Virus record (IMG/VR): IMGVR_UViG_3300038974_000417
Coordinates: 9,312-73,311 of that record
DNA: 64,000 bases
Source of the DNA: a virus
Taxonomy: Duplodnaviria; Caudoviricetes
Reading direction: 5' to 3' (one strand)
The notes below the pieces were generated by a model. The model had not been told where the DNA came from. It searched no databases and saw only the letters and a program-made list of their open reading frames with translations. The first letter of the stretch is position 1, and each line of letters starts with the position of its first letter. The translations under genes and the position numbers were made by a program. Below are positions 48,500-56,792 of this stretch, one piece after another.

Positions 48500-48781
48500 A
48501 TGAAAATTAATAGATATATAATTAGACTACCCAACTCAACACACCTTGAAACGATGAAGTTAGGTCAATTAATATTTTCAAACGAAGAAAATTTAGACGA
48601 CTCACAATTAAGAGGATTTATAAGTAATATATTTACCAAAACTAAGTCAATAGAAATATGTTTATTTGAATCAATTACATTAGAAGAGTTGAAAGAACAA
48701 AAATGTGATATATTATATTATGAAGAAGATTACGATGTTCAGAAAAGATTTAAAGAAATAGGACCGTTTACAAGGAATTAA
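48500..48781 (+). CDS. Hypothetical protein
   Basis: 93 aa; TAAATA 5 nt upstream. Confidence 0.55.
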   Translation: MKINRYIIRLPNSTHLETMKLGQLIFSNEENLDDSQLRGFISNIFTKTKSIEICLFESITLEELKEQKCDILYYEEDYDVQKRFKEIGPFTRN

Positions 48782-48782
48782 T

Positions 48783-49520
48783 ATGTTAAAACTAGCACCA
48801 GACAGCCCATTTTACTCAATTCAAGCGGAGGGTATATCAACTGGTATGCCTGCGGTTTTTATACGTACAACAGGTTGTAACTTCCAGTGCGGTCTCGATA
48901 GAAGTTCCCCAGGCACTTGGGTATGTGATAGTGAAAAGCTGTGGAAAAAAGGAACTGATTATACAAATGAGCAATTGGAACAAAAAATTATTGACCTAGG
49001 TGAGTTACCTTCTGTACTTCTAGGCAAAACACATCTTGTGTGGACAGGTGGAGAGCCCACGCTACCCCCTAATTCTGCCGGTATACAGGAATTTTTGAGA
49101 TACATTGATTTAAATCATCAAAATAATATGATATTTAATGAACTTGAAACCAATGGTAGCTTATTTTGTGAAGATTTAATACAAAAGATTCAGCAGATTA
49201 ATTGCTCTCCCAAGCTTTCCAATTCAGGAATATCAAAAGATCGAAGAATTAATACGGAATCAATTAAACAAATTATGAATCATAAGAATTTTTGGTTTAA
49301 ATTCGTAATAAGTACTGAGGATGACGTTCAAGAAATGATTAGAGACTATATATTACCCTTTAATATGCCTGCCGATAGAATAATTTTAATGCCTGGGGTT
49401 GATAGACAGAGTGAAATAATAGAAAGAACCCAGTTCGCCATCGAGATGTCAAAGAAATATCACTATAGAATGTGTACGAGAGTTCAGATTCTTTGCTATG
49501 ACAAGGAAATAGCGAGGTAG
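48783..49520 (+). CDS. queE: 7-carboxy-7-deazaguanine synthase (radical SAM)
   Basis: FYSIQAEG...VFIRTTGCNFQC-x11-CDS, TGGEP, ETNG, CSPKL, FKFV, ILMP. The spacer between the 2nd and 3rd Cys is extended. Confidence 0.85.
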   Translation: MLKLAPDSPFYSIQAEGISTGMPAVFIRTTGCNFQCGLDRSSPGTWVCDSEKLWKKGTDYTNEQLEQKIIDLGELPSVLLGKTHLVWTGGEPTLPPNSAGIQEFLRYIDLNHQNNMIFNELETNGSLFCEDLIQKIQQINCSPKLSNSGISKDRRINTESIKQIMNHKNFWFKFVISTEDDVQEMIRDYILPFNMPADRIILMPGVDRQSEIIERTQFAIEMSKKYHYRMCTRVQILCYDKEIAR

Positions 49521-49523
49521 TTA

Positions 49524-49997
49524 GTGAACAGACTCACTAAAATAGAGTATGGATGTCTAATAGCCTTGGCGGCTAGTGCAAGATCAGAGGATTTTACTAC
49601 TAAAGTAGGGTGTGCAGTAGAAGATTATAGTGGAAAAATCATATCCACCGGGTATAACGGCCTGAAAAGTGGGTGTGACATGCAAAACACACCGATTTTT
49701 ACGCGAGAAGACAAACTAAAATATTTTATTCACGCAGAAACCAACGCTTTAAGCGAAATAGTTAAGAATCAAATCAAAACAATCTATATAACTCACTCTC
49801 CCTGTCAATATTGTGCACAAAACATAGTAGCACACGGTATAAAAGAAGTAATTTATCTACAAGAGTATAATAACTGTAGTGCTTTTAAGGAAATATTTAC
49901 TACTTTTGGTATTTTTCATCGAAAAATTACTGAAATCGAGAAAAATAATATATTAAATCATATGAATCAGTTAGTTTCACAGTTAACAAAGGAGTAA
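49524..49997 (+). CDS. dCMP deaminase
   Basis: KVGC, STGYNG, IHAETNAL, THSPCQYC, GIKEVIY. Confidence 0.88.
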   Translation: MNRLTKIEYGCLIALAASARSEDFTTKVGCAVEDYSGKIISTGYNGLKSGCDMQNTPIFTREDKLKYFIHAETNALSEIVKNQIKTIYITHSPCQYCAQNIVAHGIKEVIYLQEYNNCSAFKEIFTTFGIFHRKITEIEKNNILNHMNQLVSQLTKE

Positions 49998-50000
49998 TTA

Positions 50001-50648
50001 ATGAGAATTGCAGTATCTGGTACATCTAATGTAGGTAAATCTACTTTTATACAGGATTTCATAAAGGAATTTCCAATGTACACAGCGAGTAAGGTGAATT
50101 ATAGAGAACTAGTAAAAAGTAAAGGGCTCAGACTCAACAAAAAAGGATCCGAAGAGAGTCAAGAGATAATTCTCAATAGCCTGCTCGACGAAGTAATGAA
50201 TACCCCAGGTAATTGTAATATAATATTTGATAGATGTACGTTAGATAATATAGTTCATACGCTATGGATTAAGGAAAAGTATCCCAAGCGTATATCAGAT
50301 GATTTTATACGTAAGTGCTTACATTTACATAAGCAAGCTACTAAATTTTATGATATTATATTTTTTATCCCAATAACTAAATACGACAACATACCAATAG
50401 AATCAAAAGAGAATAGAGAAACTGATTTGATATACAGGGATGAAATAAATAATATTTTTAATGCAATAATAAAGACATATCACCAAAAAAGCTCTGGTTT
50501 TTTTGATATGAGAGACTGCCCCGCCATTATAGACATATTTGGATCCAGAGAAGAGCGTATTCAAATGACCAAATTTTATGTTAATCCTGATACTGGTGAT
50601 CAATATGATGAAAAAGACGACCTGATATCCAAGGCTATTATACAATAA
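50001..50648 (+). CDS. Nucleoside monophosphate kinase (AAA_28-like P-loop)
   Basis: IAVSGTSNVGKST, IIFDRCTLD, YDIIFFIP. Confidence 0.75.
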   Translation: MRIAVSGTSNVGKSTFIQDFIKEFPMYTASKVNYRELVKSKGLRLNKKGSEESQEIILNSLLDEVMNTPGNCNIIFDRCTLDNIVHTLWIKEKYPKRISDDFIRKCLHLHKQATKFYDIIFFIPITKYDNIPIESKENRETDLIYRDEINNIFNAIIKTYHQKSSGFFDMRDCPAIIDIFGSREERIQMTKFYVNPDTGDQYDEKDDLISKAIIQ

Positions 50649-50651
50649 TTT

Positions 50652-50700
50652 GTGAACTACTGTTTGACTAAAGATCAATCGGTTTTCTCAGTCGAAGAAT
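50652..50700 (-). mobile_element. Miniature IS200/IS605-type element D (49 bp)
   Basis: On -: TTAT|ATTCTTCGACTGAGAAAACCGATTGATCTTTAGTCAAACAGTAGTTCAC. Same length class, CTGAGAAA core, TTTAG loop and AGTAGTTCAC end as element C. Confidence 0.65.
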
Positions 50701-50731
50701 ATAAATATTCTCGGAGACTATAACCCGAGGA
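50700..50731 (+). promoter_or_regulatory. Late promoter TATAAATA followed by an SD-sequestering hairpin
   Basis: TTCTCGG (50708-50714) pairs with CCGAGGA (50725-50731), which contains the SD for ATG 50740. Confidence 0.55.
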
Positions 50732-50739
50732 AACTATAT

Positions 50740-51654
50740 ATGAAATTTCACAAAATCTGTAATTTAACTATTAATGAAATGGCACGCGTCCCCAAAAGCG
50801 AGCAGTTTAATAAAGTGGAAATAAACACTGATATAGAGGTTACACCAGAAAAGGTAACCAATATTAAGATGTATCCCCCGCTAGATCAATTCGATGATAA
50901 TATTAAAGCAAAAATATTTAATTTTATTATCAAAGAATTAAAAGACGCAACCTTTGACGGGTACGAAGAACTATATAAGTTTGTCTCAGATAAGATTAAA
51001 GAAGGTATTACAGCAGAAGGTGGTAAATATAATTCAACTAATTTACAATATACCACTCGAGTAGTGTTTAATATGCTAGGTCCCAATCGTCTGAAGGTAA
51101 TTACTCCAGTAAAGGGTGATAAATCAGCTGATTTTGTGCAGCCTGCAGATGGAGATGTGGTAAGTCCAACGGATACAGCGGAAGTTGAACCAGTGGACTC
51201 CGGAAATAAACGAGGTTTATATGTAATAGACAATGATATGTTTTTATCAGACGGCATAGATCGGCTACAGGGTCTTCACCCTGCAGTGCTTGAGGCACTC
51301 ACAGTGTTTTTTGAAAATCATCATGGCGAAACCATGCCAGATATGAAGCTCAGATTAAGTATAGCCAGGGAAGTAGAAGATTCTCTCGGTGGAATAGATG
51401 AAAACATTAAAGATAAAATAATGAAAAGACTCAAGCAGGACAACATGGCTGGTCTTATAATAAATCTTAGAGCATCAAAAGCTATACACTCCCCTAACGA
51501 TAAAAAGAGGTCAGAAGACGAAGAGGTTCCGTTATTAGACATAGGAGAAGATGAACCAGAGGACATACTTTCGGCTGATGTTGAAAGATTGACGGGTGGA
51601 TATGGTCCGCGCCACGACGACTACGAAGTAAGTCGGATGAGTGAGTTTGAGTAG
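50740..51654 (+). CDS. Hypothetical protein; candidate head-internal protein
   Basis: 304 aa; MKFHKICNLTINE leader. Confidence 0.6.
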   Translation: MKFHKICNLTINEMARVPKSEQFNKVEINTDIEVTPEKVTNIKMYPPLDQFDDNIKAKIFNFIIKELKDATFDGYEELYKFVSDKIKEGITAEGGKYNSTNLQYTTRVVFNMLGPNRLKVITPVKGDKSADFVQPADGDVVSPTDTAEVEPVDSGNKRGLYVIDNDMFLSDGIDRLQGLHPAVLEALTVFFENHHGETMPDMKLRLSIAREVEDSLGGIDENIKDKIMKRLKQDNMAGLIINLRASKAIHSPNDKKRSEDEEVPLLDIGEDEPEDILSADVERLTGGYGPRHDDYEVSRMSEFE

Positions 51655-51666
51655 AGGAAAGTAACT

Positions 51667-52959
51667 ATGAATAATATATATCTAAAAGAATTACAACTAC
51701 AAGATCACCTAATAGAGCAAGCACCTCCCGTTACTCCACCTGCACAGCCTGCAGCTGCACCCGCTGCTTCACCATCGCCCGCAACACAGCCAGCCCCAGC
51801 AGCCAACCCCCCACCAGCCCCAGGACCAGAATCGACAGAGGAACCGACAGAGGCACCACCCATTCCTGAATCCACTAAAGCAGCTCTATCAACACCTGAT
51901 CCTACCTTCAATATGGACAAGCGTTATTATTTAAACATAGCCGGCAAGGATATGTCTCGTAAATTCGAATGGAAAAAGCTAAAAGATCAAGAACTAAGAG
52001 CAACCTTTGCAAGTACTTCTAATATAGCAAAAGCTATTCAAAACCTACAAAGATATGTAGACTCCATAGCCCCGGAAGGTGAAGATCAGTCAGCTGCTGA
52101 GTATCCAACCTCACCAACACCTCCACCGGCTCCCGCAGAAAGCTATGATATATACGCAGGCGGTAGTTTTACATCCTTGTTTGAGTATATAATGTACGAA
52201 CAAGCTCAAACAGAATCAGTTATTATTGACAATAGAAACGTTACAAAGCCACAGATACTACAAGGAGTATCTTACGTACTAAGTGATCCCGATAACGTCA
52301 AATCAGGTGTTTCAATAGATGAAGTACTAGATCAAGTAGTTGGTACAAATGAGTATTTCTTGAAGCTAAAAGAACAATTTGATCAAATATATAGAGGTCA
52401 AATTAAAAATGTTATAAACAATAAGTTTATACCTGGTATAGGTACCATAGATCTTAATAAGCAAACCATTACCCCTGAAGCTCCTGCCGGTCAACCCGCG
52501 CCAGCTCCTATAACAATTAACATAGACGGCTTCATAACCACTCTCGGAGCAACAATGACAGAGGCGATAAGAAACGCAAATACCTCCGATGAAATGATGA
52601 ACGCCATAGATCCGGAGGTGTTTATAACTAAGCTGTATAACGACAAAGTAATAACTTCACCACCAGCACCCGCAGTAGCAGACATATTCAAGGATAAAGA
52701 AGGTACGGCTAAGTCCTATAGAATGAACTTCTTCAAGCCTATCTGTGATGCTCTAGGTAAAACTCAGAAGACTTCTCAGAGGAAGGTCAATATTGAGCAG
52801 TGGTCTAATGTACACAAGATGATATTTGATAATCTATGTAATCCACCTAACGATTACGTGTTGTATCTTACAGAGGATCAGTGGAACGATATTCTTCTAG
52901 GCGGGTCAAAGGTAGGATCAATTCTAGGCGCACTTACTGCAATAGCAAAGAACTTCTAA
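51667..52959 (+). CDS. Hypothetical Pro/Ala-rich protein
   Basis: 430 aa; GAGG SD; several PAP-rich linkers. Confidence 0.6.
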   Translation: MNNIYLKELQLQDHLIEQAPPVTPPAQPAAAPAASPSPATQPAPAANPPPAPGPESTEEPTEAPPIPESTKAALSTPDPTFNMDKRYYLNIAGKDMSRKFEWKKLKDQELRATFASTSNIAKAIQNLQRYVDSIAPEGEDQSAAEYPTSPTPPPAPAESYDIYAGGSFTSLFEYIMYEQAQTESVIIDNRNVTKPQILQGVSYVLSDPDNVKSGVSIDEVLDQVVGTNEYFLKLKEQFDQIYRGQIKNVINNKFIPGIGTIDLNKQTITPEAPAGQPAPAPITINIDGFITTLGATMTEAIRNANTSDEMMNAIDPEVFITKLYNDKVITSPPAPAVADIFKDKEGTAKSYRMNFFKPICDALGKTQKTSQRKVNIEQWSNVHKMIFDNLCNPPNDYVLYLTEDQWNDILLGGSKVGSILGALTAIAKNF

Positions 52960-53963
52960 AACTTAATACTACTCAACAAAGCTGAGACGGTATTAGTATT
53001 AGAGTTATTCAAAATAATATTATAGTCAAACTCATTAATATTATTCATTGTACAATATTTGTTGAAATCCTTGTATAATATATTATCAGGCCAGATAAAC
53101 ACCTTATAACCTTCAGATAATATTTCAAGAGTTTTCTTTTTGCTAGTAGCATCAACATGTTGATTATCCAAGCACCAGATAATTTCATGAGCAGGGAATT
53201 GCTGTAATTGCTTGAGCTGTAATTTGGTCATAGATGTACCACATACAGCTACTCCATTCTTAACAAACATAGCATCAATCGGTCCCTCTACAACAAAGAT
53301 ATAAGGAAAATCTACATCAATACTATTTAATCCGAATACAGTCTTATCACTATATTGCTTGCTGAGATATTTAGGAGAATTATCATCCAATATCCTTCTT
53401 GTTTGATAAAATGTAATATTATTATTTATATCATAAAATGGTATGCATAATCTATTTTTATGTATAAAATCATTCAGACTGACGTATAATGCTATGGGCT
53501 TATTAATTGCTCTAGATAATCTTCTTTGTTTTATAATCTGTAAACATCTTCGAACTACTGGATTACTTTTATAAAACTTTACCTGATTTTTATCAAATAA
53601 ATTAATACTATCTAATGGTAGAGATGGTATATTACGAGATGGCTTAGTATCTACTATAGAGTTTACATCCAAAACTGGCTTACCACTATATCCAGAATTA
53701 ATTTCAGCTCTTATATCTTTATAAGACAAACCACAAACTTGTTTTATCCATCCCAAAGGGGACCAACCCTTATTACAATTATGGCAATAGAGTTGTTCCT
53801 TTTTAGGAAAATAAAATAATCTCTTCTTTCTACCCCAACTATTACCTTCTCTGCAGATCGGGCAGCACGCATTATAGGCCTTAATTCCTGGCTTATATAC
53901 AGGAAACCCGGTATATTGAAAAAACTTAGTAATTACATACTGCTCCGGTACCCTAAAATTCAT
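52956..53963 (-). CDS. DNA primase (T4 gp61-like)
   Basis: Zinc finger CPIC...CHNC, LCIPFY, QTR, PKYL, TOPRIM VVEGPIDAMF, CLDN, KDFN. Confidence 0.92.
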   Translation of the reverse strand: MNFRVPEQYVITKFFQYTGFPVYKPGIKAYNACCPICREGNSWGRKKRLFYFPKKEQLYCHNCNKGWSPLGWIKQVCGLSYKDIRAEINSGYSGKPVLDVNSIVDTKPSRNIPSLPLDSINLFDKNQVKFYKSNPVVRRCLQIIKQRRLSRAINKPIALYVSLNDFIHKNRLCIPFYDINNNITFYQTRRILDDNSPKYLSKQYSDKTVFGLNSIDVDFPYIFVVEGPIDAMFVKNGVAVCGTSMTKLQLKQLQQFPAHEIIWCLDNQHVDATSKKKTLEILSEGYKVFIWPDNILYKDFNKYCTMNNINEFDYNIILNNSNTNTVSALLSSIKF

Positions 53964-53969
53964 ATTATT

Positions 53970-54003
53970 ATAATATGCGATTATGAAGGAAATTCAATAA
54001 ATA
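53970..54003. promoter_or_regulatory. Back-to-back promoters: sigma70-like on - (primase) and late TAAATA on +
   Basis: On -: TTGAAT (53992-53997)-N16-TATTAT (53970-53975), 6 nt before the primase ATG. On +: TAAATA at 53998-54003. Confidence 0.5.
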
Positions 54004-54010
54004 TTTAACG

Positions 54011-54592
54011 ATGAATAAAACTGTATTGCTATCAACCAGAAGAGGTCCTAAGAAGCTGATTGGTACAAGGGTACATAAATCTAAAAAGGGACCAGGAAGT
54101 TACAAGAGATCTAAAGGAAAAACATTTATGAAACAAATGGATGAAAATAACAAGTATCGCAAATTCTTTAATATGCTATTAGAGCAAGAGAGTGATCCAA
54201 CCGCATCAGAGGTACCGGCTGTAGATGCTACGCCAGAAGAAGATGAGGCTGCTCTTGAAAAGGGGCTGGATCCCGGAACTGCTCCTGAGGAATTTGACGT
54301 AAAGCCTGTTGATATAGGGATCCAATCTGGTATAGTCAATAAGATTAAAGAATTTATTACGAAGATTGAAGAATTTTCTAAGTTTCTTAATGATGAAGCT
54401 GGTGACAGTGTTAATAAATTTATTAATGAAGCTGATAAAGAAGGTAGTATAGTAAAAGGTATATCTAGTGAGTCTAGTAAAGTTACTACTGTTGCAGAGA
54501 CTTTAGCTGGTCTAGCAGAAGCGTTTAAGGGTAGATTATTAGTAAGTCTTAGAAAGCATCGCGAGAATCAGGCGGCCATTCAAGAATTTTAA
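54011..54592 (+). CDS. ArfA-like basic N-terminal peptide fused to an acidic hypothetical protein
   Basis: RVHKSKKGPGSYKRSKGK resembles E. coli ArfA RVEKNKKGKGSYMRKGK. A second in-frame ATG at 54128 has an AGGA SD. Confidence 0.55.
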   Translation: MNKTVLLSTRRGPKKLIGTRVHKSKKGPGSYKRSKGKTFMKQMDENNKYRKFFNMLLEQESDPTASEVPAVDATPEEDEAALEKGLDPGTAPEEFDVKPVDIGIQSGIVNKIKEFITKIEEFSKFLNDEAGDSVNKFINEADKEGSIVKGISSESSKVTTVAETLAGLAEAFKGRLLVSLRKHRENQAAIQEF

Positions 54593-54613
54593 AAATAAAT
54601 AAGGAGATACAAT

Positions 54614-54904
54614 ATGAATAAAGATGAAAAGATGATAATTGAAGCTTATTTAAATAGTAAAAAAGCTATTAATGAAGACCATAAAGAAGCTATGGCAAAT
54701 TGGCCTGCCCTTAAAATGACTGTTGGAGATTTATTGGATAAACTAGAAAACGATCAATCTAATCAAGAATTGTATCAAAAAATTGAAGAGTATTTAAAAT
54801 CCACTCAGGGAAATTTACAGCCAACTAGACCAGGCAGTGATGTACTAACAACTGGTAGTGGTAATATGCCCCCACCCCCTTCTGCTCCACTAACGACACC
54901 ATAA
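54614..54904 (+). CDS. Hypothetical protein
   Basis: AAGGAG SD; 96 aa. Confidence 0.6.
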   Translation: MNKDEKMIIEAYLNSKKAINEDHKEAMANWPALKMTVGDLLDKLENDQSNQELYQKIEEYLKSTQGNLQPTRPGSDVLTTGSGNMPPPPSAPLTTP

Positions 54905-54987
54905 TGAGAACATATATTCCAATTATAACCGAAAAACGCTTTACTATTCCCCGTGTAGCACACTGCAAGGGTGGATGTAGGCGCTAG
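54904..54987 (+). CDS. Small 27-aa ORF (MRTYIPIITEKRFTIPRVAHCKGGCRR), below the ORF-track cutoff
   Basis: The ATG overlaps the upstream stop (TAATG), indicating translational coupling. It fills an otherwise empty gap. Confidence 0.45.
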   Translation: MRTYIPIITEKRFTIPRVAHCKGGCRR

Positions 54988-55057
54988 CCCTTAGTACGGC
55001 TTAAAACTGCTAATAATACGAGTTGCAATATCTAGCAAAACTCATATATTTAAATAT

Positions 55058-55390
55058 ATGAATATATTGCTAGATATTTTATTTGCCTGTAGTATTAAAT
55101 TTTTTATATTTGACTTCTCTCACTTACGCCGGATGAGAGACTTCTTACTTTCAGCAGATAACTGGTTTATAAATAAGCTGTTTAAATGTCCCTATTGCCA
55201 AGGTTTTTGGTGCGGCTTTTTAACACATGGATTTAAATATCATAATAGCATATTTGAAGACGTGTTTTTTGGTTTTTGTACAGCTATAATATGTTTGTGC
55301 TGGAATGCTATATTCTGGCCATTAATAGATAAATACGAACAAAAATATGATTACGACCTGTGCGGTCCAAGAAAAGATAAAAAGGAATAG
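55058..55390 (+). CDS. Small membrane protein with CxxC (DUF1360-like)
   Basis: Hydrophobic N- and C-terminal segments; LFKCPYCQGFWCG. Confidence 0.55.
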   Translation: MNILLDILFACSIKFFIFDFSHLRRMRDFLLSADNWFINKLFKCPYCQGFWCGFLTHGFKYHNSIFEDVFFGFCTAIICLCWNAIFWPLIDKYEQKYDYDLCGPRKDKKE

Positions 55391-55392
55391 TT

Positions 55393-55980
55393 ATGATTAT
55401 AGATAGAGATTCATTAAAAAATATATCTGGATGTGATTTTTATGATGGAAGCCTTATACATACACGATTTTCATATAAATTCTTTAGAGAACGAGTTGCT
55501 CGAATAGGTAATATAATTACATTTAGATCTCCAATGGAAGTCACCGCTAATTTGGTAGACTTGGAGGATTCTTTAAACGAAGATTACATTTATAGTGATG
55601 ATGCAATTAATTTTTGCATGGAGATTCCGGATATTGATCTATTTGGGGGTATATGCTTCCAAAGATTATTCAACTCACATCTTGCTACGCTATTAGCTGA
55701 TCAATATCTCAAAAGACCCGTCAGCGTAGATGGTGACGATATTATGATTCCAATAGAAGGCAGTGAGCCCAAGAAAGCTAGTGTTAGTATAGCCAAGAAG
55801 ACCAATGATGCAGTATTAATTCATACAGGAATTAATATTAAGGCCGGGAATAGAGCACCCAATTTTGCGTTTAGTACTGAATTAAGCGATGAACAAGCAC
55901 AAGAGTTTATGAAGAAGGGATGTGAAATTTTTTACACTCTTGCGCACGATATCTTTGTTAGCTCCACAAAGGTTGTATAA
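55393..55980 (+). CDS. DUF366-like protein (lipoate/biotin ligase-like fold)
   Basis: YDGSLIH, IITFRSPMEV, VDLED, IYSDDAINF, QRLF, VDGDDI, ASVSI, IHTGINI. Confidence 0.6.
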   Translation: MIIDRDSLKNISGCDFYDGSLIHTRFSYKFFRERVARIGNIITFRSPMEVTANLVDLEDSLNEDYIYSDDAINFCMEIPDIDLFGGICFQRLFNSHLATLLADQYLKRPVSVDGDDIMIPIEGSEPKKASVSIAKKTNDAVLIHTGINIKAGNRAPNFAFSTELSDEQAQEFMKKGCEIFYTLAHDIFVSSTKVV

Positions 55981-55983
55981 TAT

Positions 55984-56373
55984 ATGTTTGAACGACTCAA
56001 ACATTTAATTCAGACTAAACAGGAGTTAAAGGAGGATCTAGCAATGGATACCTCCTTTACTCCTTTTATGTCTCAACGCTGGCTAAGTATGTACAATAGA
56101 GAATATTGTATTAGAATAAACGATACAACCAATAGATTATATCAAGGCATTACTGATAAAAATGACTGGTATAGAATGCTACAAATGTTAGTACCGTGCA
56201 ATTCATACAGGTTTATTAAATATATCAAAAAGAAAAAGAACAGTAAACAATTAAATCATAAGTATATATGCTTTGTAGCTGAGAATTTAGAAATAAGTAA
56301 AAGAGAGGCAGAAGACTTCTTAAATAATAATCCATTTGTAATAAAACAATTAAAGAAATCGCTAGGAGAATAA
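55984..56373 (+). CDS. Clamp loader small subunit (T4 gp62-like)
   Basis: FTPFMSQRWLSMY, KYIKKKK, ISKREAEDFL. Confidence 0.6.
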   Translation: MFERLKHLIQTKQELKEDLAMDTSFTPFMSQRWLSMYNREYCIRINDTTNRLYQGITDKNDWYRMLQMLVPCNSYRFIKYIKKKKNSKQLNHKYICFVAENLEISKREAEDFLNNNPFVIKQLKKSLGE

Positions 56374-56375
56374 AT

Positions 56376-56792
56376 ATGAACCCACGGGAATTACAAGCGC
56401 ATGCCGCCGACACAGGAACGGGTAATAAGGGATTACCAGAATTAGAGATGTATGCTAATATGTCACTACCAGCCGATTATGAAATAACGGAAGTTTTAGG
56501 GGATATTATAATGGCGGAATTTGTCGATTGCTCTCAGGACGGTGAATTATTAATGAGGGGAGGAATTCTTATTAATAATAATATGACACAAAATACCTGG
56601 AGAGTAGCTAAGGTTCTTATACATGGTAAGGGATGTAGTGATATTATTAAAAAAGGAGTATTAATTATGTTTCCTAATGATAAGGGAATAAAGGCGGTAT
56701 TACCTGGTAAGAAAAAGAGACCTGTTATATTTTTAAATGAGGAGCGAATATTCGGTATAGTGTCGCAAAAAACAAAGGTAAAAGCAAAATGA
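56376..56792 (+). CDS. GroES-like co-chaperonin
   Basis: VLGDIIM, RGGILI, AKVLIHGKG, GVLIMF, FLNEERIFGIV. Confidence 0.7.
   Translation: MNPRELQAHAADTGTGNKGLPELEMYANMSLPADYEITEVLGDIIMAEFVDCSQDGELLMRGGILINNNMTQNTWRVAKVLIHGKGCSDIIKKGVLIMFPNDKGIKAVLPGKKKRPVIFLNEERIFGIVSQKTKVKAK

Noticed and set aside
54955-54995. Structured RNA or another IS end (AAGGGT...GCCCTT)
   Set aside because: The pairing is short and there is no GTTCAC end; the stretch is better explained by the coupled 27-aa ORF.
55051-55056. TAAATA inside the 55-kb palindrome as a late promoter that opens the hairpin
   Set aside because: It is only 1 nt from the ATG, so the predicted start site would fall downstream of the start codon.
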